Source: a virus. Taken from it: a stretch of 64,000 nucleotides of DNA. Location of the stretch: positions 1-64,000 of the IMG/VR virus record IMGVR_UViG_3300031954_000001; one strand, given 5' to 3'. The position numbers and the translations under genes are program-made. The notes below the pieces were generated by a model that was not told the DNA's origin, did not search any database, and saw only the letters and a program-made list of their open reading frames with translations. Below are positions 1 through 8,401 of this stretch, piece after piece. The first letter of the stretch is position 1, and each line of letters opens with the position of its first letter.

Positions 1-17
1 ATCCCGGGCGGTCGTGC

Positions 18-63
18 CAAAAAATCGAACACTTGTTCAGCCTGAACGCGTGTTCGATTTTTG
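18..63. promoter_or_regulatory. Large imperfect inverted repeat containing two tandem LexA/SOS-box-like sites
   Basis: TCGAAC-actt-GTTCAG (25-40) and CTGAAC-gcgt-GTTCGA (42-57), each with one perfect half of the actinobacterial TCGAAC-N4-GTTCGA box; flanked by caaaaaa/tttttg. Confidence 0.55.
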
Positions 64-74
64 CTCCCAGGATC

Positions 75-195
75 GTTAGCGACGCTAACCACTGACGCCA
101 GATGGTTAGCAAGGCTAACGGTCGGGACTGGTTAGCAAGGCTAACGACCATGGGTCCTCCGATCGTTAGTGAGGCTAACGGTTAGAGAGGCTAAG
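75..195. repeat. Five copies of palindrome GTTAG-N5-CTAAC
   Basis: Copies at 75-89, 105-119, 131-145, 165-179 and 181-195 (last ends CTAAG). Confidence 0.9.
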
Positions 196-200
196 GATCC

Positions 201-442
201 CCGGAGGGTGGCTCAGCCGGGAGGGTGGCTCAGCCGGGAGGGTGGCTCAGCCGGGAGGGTGGCTCAGCCGGGAGGGTGGCTCAGCCGGGAGGGTGGCTGA
301 GGGTGGCTCACAGTGAGCCGGGAGGGTGGCTGAGCCGGGCTGAGGTGAGCCGGGCTGAGGTGAGCCGGGAGGGTGGCTGAGGTGAGCCGGGAGGGTGGCT
401 GAGGTGAGCCGGGAGGGTGGCTGAGGTGAGCCGGGAGGGTGG
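201..442. repeat. G-rich tandem repeat array (17-bp unit gccgggagggtggctca, then ~22-bp unit gccgggagggtggctgaggtga)
   Basis: Directly visible tandem units. Confidence 0.95.
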
Positions 443-904
443 CCGGCTTGCGACCAGGTAACAGCGCGCCATGTCTGACCTGGGAAAACGTATCCGGAGC
501 AACCCTCCGATTACGTCAACAACAGTTGACAGCCTAGGTCAGGTGACATAGCTGCAGGTCAGGTAGCTAATTCGGTCAGTGTTCGAGGATCAGTGATCAG
601 GTGATGAGGTGATCAGGTCTGTGTTCTAATTCTGTTGAGTGCTGATGTGTTAGTGCAGGTCAGAGGCATGATTCGTACACCATACGAAATTGTTGCGGAA
701 GACCCTGTTTTCCGTTAACACCTGTTAAGGATTAAAGCCCAGGTCAGGACCCTAATCACTACGATTTCGATAGAATGCTCGTAAACCATGGTTGACAAAA
801 GCGTTTTTTGTGACGCAGCCCACATTTTTGGTCATAGTGCCAGGTCACAGCTCTGCTAGTCCTCGAATACCTACTCGAAATCAGCTCTTTTCCGAGGGCC
901 TGAC

Positions 905-933
905 TTGCATACCGAGAAATACCGCTATAGGCT
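905..933 (+). promoter_or_regulatory. Principal-sigma-type promoter upstream of ncRNA candidate
   Basis: TTGCAT (905-910), 17-bp spacer, TAGGCT (928-933). Confidence 0.6.
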
Positions 934-939
934 TCGGGC

Positions 940-1372
940 AATGCCCTTCGCAGGGCAGGCCAGCCGTCAAGTTTAGGGACGGTACAAGCCGGCGGTAAGT
1001 GATTCCCCGCGCGATGCGGGAAGGCTGAAAATCCGGCTGTGCGCTTGCGCACGGTCGGGCAGGATACGCCCCGGGAGGCGAGAGCTACCGGGGACGCTTG
1101 CGAGCTACTCCGCCGGCCACATATGGAACCTAGCTAGTCATGCGTGAGCGCGAGAGCGTTAGCGGGTGAGCGATTGCTCCCAATAGTGATTGGCGAACAG
1201 TAGACCTACTCAATGGGCCAGCACAGTGCGATGCTGGCCTGCGCGATGTTTGCGCAGGCCAGCGGTACCCCAAGCCTAGGTTAGAGGATAGGCCGGCGCA
1301 TGTGTCGCTAGGTTCCCATATGTGGCGAGCATTCAAGCCGGATACGAACCCCAATCGGGTGACATGCCGGCA
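940..1372 (+). ncRNA. Large structured non-coding RNA candidate (~430 nt)
   Basis: Long-range stems 988-995/1110-1117, 1117-1134/1307-1325 and 1139-1144/1297-1302 enclose more than 10 hairpins, several with GNRA loops; no credible ORF; promoter directly upstream. Confidence 0.7.
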
Positions 1373-1959
1373 TAGGACGTCTGACCTGCGCAAACGAGCG
1401 ATGGTTCATAGATTCGCGACTGGCCGGCGCCGACCCACAAGCGCGCAAACGCGCGTGATCGGCGCGGTTGACTTTTCGCAGGTCAGACATGGTGAGTCTG
1501 CCACGGTTCACCCGCGTAGCGGGTGAGCCAACCGATACGCGTTTGTCTGGCAACCATGCGCGTATCACGTCCCTACCTGCGAGTTTCCGTGTTGCGCGTG
1601 TCGTCACGCGCGTGAGCGTCGCTCCACACTCGCAGGCAACGATCGGCGAGCATCACTGCAGGTTAAAGCGATGTCTGACATCCTGGCCTGCAGTGACCAG
1701 CATCGCAAACGCTTCACCCGCTTTACCCGCCGGCCACCCGCGCGCACAGCATAGCGTCTGACCTGCGCAAACACACTTCACTGTCACTGTTTGCGAGTGA
1801 TTACGCGCCGCACCGCGCGCGGGTAGCCGGCTAGATCGTGGCAATGGACGCGTGACCTGCGCATATGCGCAGTATGGACGCGGGCAACCGATTCAGCATC
1901 GGCCACGATCACGCGGAATCACCCGCGCGCCACAATGGCGCTCTGACCTGGGAGTTTGC

Positions 1960-2046
1960 ATGAATTACAAGATCGTTTCGCGTCGTAACGGCTGGATCAC
2001 GGTCATGTGGTCCGATGGACGCGTCACCCGCCACAGCATCGGTTGA
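1960..2046 (+). CDS. Small hypothetical protein (28 aa)
   Basis: GGGAG RBS before ATG; MNYKIVSRRNGWITVMWSDG. Confidence 0.45.
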   Translation: MNYKIVSRRNGWITVMWSDGRVTRHSIG

Positions 2047-2108
2047 TTGACGGGACGGCCACGCGCACCGTGCGCGTGGCCGGCCGTGAGTCAATCCTGG
2101 CTCTGACC
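2024..2108 (+). ncRNA. Repeated multi-stem RNA motif, copy 1
   Basis: tcacccgc..cggttga..cgggacggccacg-loop-cgtggccggccgtgag..ctctgacc; homologous to 2568-2649 and 5988-6070. Confidence 0.6.
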
Positions 2109-2141
2109 TGCGCAAACATGCGCCTACGGAAAGGTTTTACC

Positions 2142-2546
2142 ATGTCAAACGAGATCTACTTCACCCGCAACACGCGCCGCGCCGGCCGTATCGGCGACAC
2201 CATGGTGGTTGTCACTGAGGGCGCGCGTATCACGATCACGCTGCAGCCTAACGGCCAGCCGGCCAAGGTCACCGTGGCCAAGGCCAAGCCGGCCACGCCG
2301 GCCACCGCGCCGGCCACGCCGGCCACCAAGCCGGCCACCGCGCGCCGCACGCCGACCACCAAGCCGGCCACCGCGCGCCGCACGCCGGCCACGCCGGCCA
2401 AGGTCACGCCGGCCAAGGTCACGCCGGCCAAGGTCACGCCGGCCACGCCGGCCAAGGTCACGCCGGCCACCAAGCGCCAGAGCAACGTCGCGCGCCGCAA
2501 GGAAGTTCTCACCCGCATGCGCGCGCAGGCACGCGCCACGCGCTGA
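2142..2546 (+). CDS. Histone H1/HupB-tail-like basic protein (PAK/TPA repeats)
   Basis: GGAAAGG RBS before ATG 2142; repeats PAKVT and KPATARRT. Confidence 0.8.
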   Translation: MSNEIYFTRNTRRAGRIGDTMVVVTEGARITITLQPNGQPAKVTVAKAKPATPATAPATPATKPATARRTPTTKPATARRTPATPAKVTPAKVTPAKVTPATPAKVTPATKRQSNVARRKEVLTRMRAQARATR

Positions 2547-2567
2547 CGCTCCCACCGCTGGGAGGTT

Positions 2568-2649
2568 TCACCCGCTAGCACGGTTGACGGGACGGCCACG
2601 CGCCACGCGCGCGTGGCCGGCCGTGAGCTGCAGCTAGCACGCTCTCACC
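2568..2649 (+). ncRNA. Repeated multi-stem RNA motif, copy 2
   Basis: Same conserved blocks as 2024-2108; begins just after palindrome 2549. Confidence 0.6.
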
Positions 2650-2690
2650 CGCGCGTGTGATACGCGCATAACGTCCCATGGGAGGACGCA

Positions 2691-3932
<1,242 letters not shown>

Positions 3933-3953
3933 CCTTCCCACCGCTGGGAAGAT

Positions 3954-4041
3954 GCCTGCGCGTAGCACTGAGAGCCACGCTGCCGGGCGATCGTGGCCGG
4001 CCTAGGGTGATGACCTAGGCCGGCCAGCCCGACGCGCAGGC
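3954..4041 (+). ncRNA. Intergenic three-way-junction RNA structure or terminator
   Basis: Outer 10-bp stem 3954-3963/4032-4041; perfect 13-bp inner stem 3994-4006/4014-4026. Confidence 0.5.
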
Positions 4042-4107
4042 TGGCCGCTGGCCGGCCACCGCGCGCACCGTACCGCGCAGGCTGGCCGCTGGCCGGCCAC
4101 CGCGCGC
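4033..4107. repeat. 34-bp direct repeat x2
   Basis: cgcgcaggctggccgctggccggccaccgcgcgc at 4033-4066 and 4074-4107. Confidence 0.9.
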
Positions 4108-4176
4108 CAAACCTCCCACCGCTGGGAGCAACCGACCCCCTACCCGCGCCACGCGCGCCCACGATCGGAGGATCCG

Positions 4177-4443
4177 ATGACCGCCGCTACGCTCTACCGG
4201 CCGGCCGGCTATGGCCTGACCGCCTACGTGCCAAGCGGACCGCTCCGCGCGGGTGACATCCTGACCAGTCCGCGCACGGGTCAGCGGTTCGTGTTCCGCT
4301 ACGCGGTCTCGCGCACGACCGCCACCGCGTTCGGCAAGATCGCGGTCTCGCCGATCCCGCTGGACTCCATCAGCGGGACGCCGGCCGACTACACCGTAAA
4401 CCTCTACGTCATCGCGTTCGGCGCCCACCTCAAGGTGGGCTGA
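4177..4443 (+). CDS. Hypothetical protein
   Basis: GGAGG RBS, high GC3. Confidence 0.75.
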   Translation: MTAATLYRPAGYGLTAYVPSGPLRAGDILTSPRTGQRFVFRYAVSRTTATAFGKIAVSPIPLDSISGTPADYTVNLYVIAFGAHLKVG

Positions 4444-4522
4444 CGCCGGCGCGCGCAAACCTCCCACCGCTGGGAGCAATCAATCACCCGCCGGCCAAGC
4501 CGGCCCAATGAGGAGAAACATC

Positions 4523-4843
4523 ATGTCCGATACCCGCCGGCGCACCAAGAGGTGGCCGGATGAGATCCCGTTCGCCTACGCGCGCCAGTGCTGCGTCTCA
4601 CCTGACCGTAGCCACGCGCACCGTGGCGACGCGCAGGCCACCCGCGCGCTGCATGTCCCGCCGCGTCCGCGTACCGCTGATGACGCGATAGCGGACGGCG
4701 TGGTCACGCTGGCCACGGTCCCGATGGCCGACGCCACGCAGGACCAGCTGACCTGCCCGTCGTGCGCGTGGGACTTTGACACGCGCATGGTCAAGCCGTG
4801 CCATGAGCACGCGGAACTTCCCACCGCTGGGAGCAACCGATGA
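4523..4843 (+). CDS. Hypothetical Cys/His-rich protein
   Basis: GAGGAG RBS before ATG 4523; CxxC motif. Confidence 0.65.
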   Translation: MSDTRRRTKRWPDEIPFAYARQCCVSPDRSHAHRGDAQATRALHVPPRPRTADDAIADGVVTLATVPMADATQDQLTCPSCAWDFDTRMVKPCHEHAELPTAGSNR

Positions 4844-4984
4844 CCAGCCAGGGATTCAACCCCGATGACGCGTACGACGCGATGTGGGATGACGTGCGCG
4901 TGCGCTATGACTGGCCGGCCCGAACACCACGATGCGCAGGCCACGCGGGTGGATCACCGGCCAGGATGCCGTGCTCACCCGCCC

Positions 4985-5392
4985 TTCCCACTGGTGGGAG
5001 CAACCACCCGCCAGACCCTAACCACGACCACGATCAGGAGACAAACATGGCCAAGATCAGCTCGCACAACGGGCGCACTACGACGCAGGTCCGCGCGACG
5101 CGACCGGGTAAGCCGGACACGTGGCTCACGCTCACCGTCACCTCAGACGGGCGGCTACTGCGCAAGATCACGACCGCGCACCGTTCGCAGTGGGGCACCC
5201 ACTACTCGAACAGCAACAACAAAGTCATCGCCACGGTGACCAGCCCGGATGACGTCACGGCCGAGCGGCTTATGCAGATTGCGGCGCGGATGGGATACCC
5301 CGCGCCGAAGGACGCGTGACCGAACCTCCCACTGGTGGGAGCAACCACCCGCCAGACCTTCACCCATGACCACGATCAGGAGACAGACCATG
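4985..5392 (+). repeat. ~65-bp imperfect direct repeat (palindrome plus RBS leader) bracketing one gene
   Basis: cccactggtgggagcaaccacccgccagacc..gaccacgatcaggagaca..atg at 4985-5049 and 5326-5392. Confidence 0.9.
5047..5319 (+). CDS. Hypothetical protein
   Basis: CAGGAGAC RBS before ATG 5047 (the ORF is also open from 4840). Confidence 0.75.
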   Translation: MAKISSHNGRTTTQVRATRPGKPDTWLTLTVTSDGRLLRKITTAHRSQWGTHYSNSNNKVIATVTSPDDVTAERLMQIAARMGYPAPKDA

Positions 5393-5965
5393 ACCACCAA
5401 GACCACCACCGACCTGCGCCTCGCCGTCCGATTCGAGGACAGCCCGTACAACTCGTTCGGCGACCACTACTGCCACGTGTACGTGATGCCCGTCGTCATG
5501 GCGCGCGGCAAGTACGGCGACCAGCGGTACGAGGCGCACAACGTGGACAGCTACGACATCGACGTGCCGGCCAGCGTGAGCGCGCTCAAGGGCCTGCGCG
5601 TCAAGGCGCAGATGGACGACAGGTCCGGCTACTTCTACGGCTACCGCGTGCATTTCGACATCGACCAGCTCACGCTGGACGAGGGCGAGCGCGCGCTACC
5701 GATCCTGCGCCGGCTGGACAAGCGGATGACCGCGCTGTCCGACCAGTTCGGCTACCCGCGCGACATCGTCCAGTTCCTGGCGCACCTCGCGAACGCGATG
5801 GGCCTGGCCGGCAAGCCATTCGTCACCCGCGTGACCGATGAGGCGGACTACGAAGGCCACGGGCACCGGTCCCGCGACGTGGACAGCCTGCGCTACTGGC
5901 TGGACGACCAGGCCAAGGCATGGCGCGAGCGGCACGGGATCACCGTGACCGAAGGCGCCGCGTAG
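5390..5965 (+). CDS. Hypothetical protein
   Basis: CAGGAGAC RBS; strong codon bias. Confidence 0.85.
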   Translation: MTTKTTTDLRLAVRFEDSPYNSFGDHYCHVYVMPVVMARGKYGDQRYEAHNVDSYDIDVPASVSALKGLRVKAQMDDRSGYFYGYRVHFDIDQLTLDEGERALPILRRLDKRMTALSDQFGYPRDIVQFLAHLANAMGLAGKPFVTRVTDEADYEGHGHRSRDVDSLRYWLDDQAKAWRERHGITVTEGAA

Positions 5966-5987
5966 AAACCTCCCACCGCTGGGAGCA

Positions 5988-6070
5988 TCACCCGCTAGCC
6001 CGGTTGACGGGATGGCCACGGTGCCCGCGCACCGTGGCCGGCCGTGAGCACGCGCTAGCTTGCTCTGACC
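5988..6070 (+). ncRNA. Repeated multi-stem RNA motif, copy 3
   Basis: Central stem ggccacggtgc/gcaccgtggcc is a compensatory variant of ggccacgcgc/gcgcgtggcc. Confidence 0.6.
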
Positions 6071-6089
6071 GAACGATCTGAGGAGATCA

Positions 6090-6332
6090 ATGCCCAGTTT
6101 CATGTTCCCCGCGACGGCCGCGCTGATGCTGCGGTCGCACACGTGGGCCAGCCCCATCGCGCTGGACAACGCGCTGCGCAACTACGCGCGCGACGGCCAG
6201 GAATGGTGGATCTTGTCCCGCCGGCCCGATCACCGTCACTGGCACATGGTGCCGGCGCGCGGCGGGTGGCTGGTCAGCCTGGTCAGCCTGCGCAACGCGC
6301 GCGACCTGGCCACCGTCGAACCGCCGTTCTGA
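6090..6332 (+). CDS. Hypothetical protein
   Basis: GAGGAG RBS. Confidence 0.7.
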   Translation: MPSFMFPATAALMLRSHTWASPIALDNALRNYARDGQEWWILSRRPDHRHWHMVPARGGWLVSLVSLRNARDLATVEPPF

Positions 6333-6345
6333 GGAGGCACGCACC

Positions 6346-6453
6346 GTGAACGAGACCAGGATCAAAGTCCTCGTCATCGTCGCCGTCATCATGCAGCTAG
6401 TTGCCGGCGGCACCGTCGCCTGGCTGCTAGTCGCGAACGCCGGCGGCTGCTGA
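6346..6453 (+). CDS. Small membrane protein (35 aa)
   Basis: GAGGAGG RBS, GTG start, hydrophobic VLVIVAVIMQLVAGGTVAWLLV. Confidence 0.6.
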   Translation: MNETRIKVLVIVAVIMQLVAGGTVAWLLVANAGGC

Positions 6454-6471
6454 CGATGCACCCGCGCCGCA

Positions 6472-6720
6472 ATGAGGCAGCGAAACGGCTGGGCCTGGCA
6501 CACGCAGCCCGGCCAGCCATGCGAGGCGTGCCGGCTGCGGCTCGTCCACTACGACACCTGCGACTGCGGCCACTGCCCGCCGGCCATCCCGCGCGGCACG
6601 GTCATGCACGTCTCGCTGGCCGACCGCTACGCCGAGTACGTCGCCGCCAGCCATGCCGACATGGACGGCGACCAATCTCCCACCAGTGGGAGCAACCCAT
6701 CCATCCCTACGACCAAATGA
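6472..6720 (+). CDS. Hypothetical Cys-rich protein
   Basis: CEAC..CDCGHC; start uncertain. Confidence 0.45.
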   Translation: MRQRNGWAWHTQPGQPCEACRLRLVHYDTCDCGHCPPAIPRGTVMHVSLADRYAEYVAASHADMDGDQSPTSGSNPSIPTTK

Positions 6721-6742
6721 CCCACGATCAGGAGACAGCAAC

Positions 6743-8401
6743 ATGATCACGTATGAGGACGCGCGCGACGCGGCAGAGTTCCACGTCGCGCGGGACAGCC
6801 GGCCGTGCCAGGTGTGGCACCGCGCCGGCGAGATCCACCCGATGCCGAACGGCGGGTGGCTGGTGTTCATCGAGACCGAGGACACCGACGACCCGGCCGA
6901 TCGCGGCAGCGACTGGCATCACATCACGCCGGTCAACGCGGCGGGCTTCCACACGCTGGCCGACTGCCCGCTCGCGAACCTCCCATCGGTGGGAGCATCG
7001 CAGGTCGGGCCGGACCTGGCTGACGCCGCCGGCTACGGCGAGGACGGCTACAACGCGTTCGGCTATGACGCGCAGGGCTTCAACCGCGACGGCTACGACG
7101 CATCCGGCTACGACGCGGACGGCTACGACGCGGACGGCTACGACGCGGACGGCGACGACCGCTACGGCCGCAACCGTGACAAGCCGGACGCGAGCAGCCT
7201 GGACCTGGCCGATGAGTGGAGCGCGTTCAGCGGCTACAACCACGACGCGTTCCTGGATCACCTGCGGGAGAAGGTCGCCGACCCGGACGAGATTGACGAC
7301 ATCGAGTTCTGCGGTAACTGCGAGGAGCCGGCGTGGAGCGGCGACCTGACCCGCACCGGCCGGCGGACCGACATCTGCCAGTCGTGCTGGGACGACTGGT
7401 ACACCTGCGAGCACTGCGACGAGCGGTTCCCGAACGAGGACATGAACAGCACGCTGGACGAGTCATTCATCTGCGACCGCTGCCGCGACCGCTACTACTC
7501 GTGGTGCTCGGAGTGCGAGGGCTACTACCCGGACGAGTACGCCGACGACCACTACCACGACAGCTACGCCGAGGACTGCGACTGCGAGTCGCCGCAGCCG
7601 GAGTTCGCGATCCGCAACGACGGCAGCGAACCGCTGCGCAACGACGTGCGGGTAGAGGTCGTACTGGCCGAAGGCGTGATCTCGGCTGAGGGCCTGGCGG
7701 CGATCCGCGACTACCTGCGCGAGCAGGGGATGTGGGACCTGTCCGACGACCTGCACGCGCTAGGCGAGCAGTGGCAGACCCGGGAAGGGAACTACTCCAA
7801 GCGGCTGAGCCGGCTCGCCTACCGGTCCTACCAGGCCAAACTCACGCCGGAGATCCTGTCCCGCGTCGGCAACATCGCACGGGACCACAGCACGAATGTC
7901 AGCGTCGCGATCGAGATCACCCGTGACCTGAACCAGTCCCCCGATTACTTCTACCACGAGGGTTCGTGCTGGTGGGCCGGCGGTGACGCCGACTACCACG
8001 AGAGCCGCTGCGCGTTCAAGACCAACGGCGGTTTCGCGCTGCGGTCATTCAACGGCTACGGCGGCGTGTCCGGGCGAGCGTGGGTGATGCCGCTGCGGAT
8101 GAAGGACGGCAAGCTGCGTCCGACGTTCGAGACCCTGAACGCCGACGCGTTCGCGGTGTTCAACGGGTACGGCAACCTGAGCGGCTACGACCCGGCCCGG
8201 ATCCTCGCCCACATGGCCGGGTGGACCTACCGCAAGTTCAGCAACTTCTCCTGCGACCCGATGTATATCAACTCCGGCACGTATCTCGTCGCGCCCGAGC
8301 CGATCGCGGAGCAGTACGACACGGACGGCGAACTGTACCTGGAAGTCAGCCAGCACTCCAGCCTGTACGAGCGGGAGCGGGAGGAGCACAGCTATGCGTA
8401 A
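6743..8401 (+). CDS. Multi-Zn-ribbon protein with GYDxD repeats and C-terminal SCW..RAWV domain
   Basis: CAGGAGAC RBS; GYDAD repeats; five CxxC pairs; HEGSCWW...GRAWV...FNGYG. Confidence 0.8.
   Translation: MITYEDARDAAEFHVARDSRPCQVWHRAGEIHPMPNGGWLVFIETEDTDDPADRGSDWHHITPVNAAGFHTLADCPLANLPSVGASQVGPDLADAAGYGEDGYNAFGYDAQGFNRDGYDASGYDADGYDADGYDADGDDRYGRNRDKPDASSLDLADEWSAFSGYNHDAFLDHLREKVADPDEIDDIEFCGNCEEPAWSGDLTRTGRRTDICQSCWDDWYTCEHCDERFPNEDMNSTLDESFICDRCRDRYYSWCSECEGYYPDEYADDHYHDSYAEDCDCESPQPEFAIRNDGSEPLRNDVRVEVVLAEGVISAEGLAAIRDYLREQGMWDLSDDLHALGEQWQTREGNYSKRLSRLAYRSYQAKLTPEILSRVGNIARDHSTNVSVAIEITRDLNQSPDYFYHEGSCWWAGGDADYHESRCAFKTNGGFALRSFNGYGGVSGRAWVMPLRMKDGKLRPTFETLNADAFAVFNGYGNLSGYDPARILAHMAGWTYRKFSNFSCDPMYINSGTYLVAPEPIAEQYDTDGELYLEVSQHSSLYEREREEHSYA

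Larger units (their letters stand above)
476..2110. repeat. Dispersed TGACCTG/CAGGTCA motif cluster (11 copies)
   Basis: TGACCTG at 476, 1382, 1759, 1853, 1944, 2104; CAGGTCA at 555, 656, 740, 841, 1479; three extend to tctgacctgcgcaaac. Confidence 0.8.

Noticed and set aside
75-195. IdeR/DmdR iron boxes
   Set aside because: The iron box has GTTAG-N1-CTAAC within a 19-bp palindrome; here the spacer is 5 bp and the outer arms are absent
940-1372. tmRNA, RNase P or group I/II intron
   Set aside because: No tRNA-like ends or tag ORF, no GAGGAAAGUCC, no recognisable P7 or domain V, and no interrupted gene
3964-3982. TPP riboswitch suggested by CUGAGA
   Set aside because: The remaining TPP consensus elements are absent and there is no thiamine-related gene downstream
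6445-6518. Possible type I hammerhead (ggctg-CUGACGA..GAAAC..cagcc)
   Set aside because: The cleavage triplet would be GGC (invariant U16.1 missing), stem II is weak and the region overlaps two plausible ORFs; at best a decayed copy
7040-7165. DNA-level repeat array (ggctacgacgcggac)
   Set aside because: Explained by in-frame GYDAD peptide repeats of the 6743 protein
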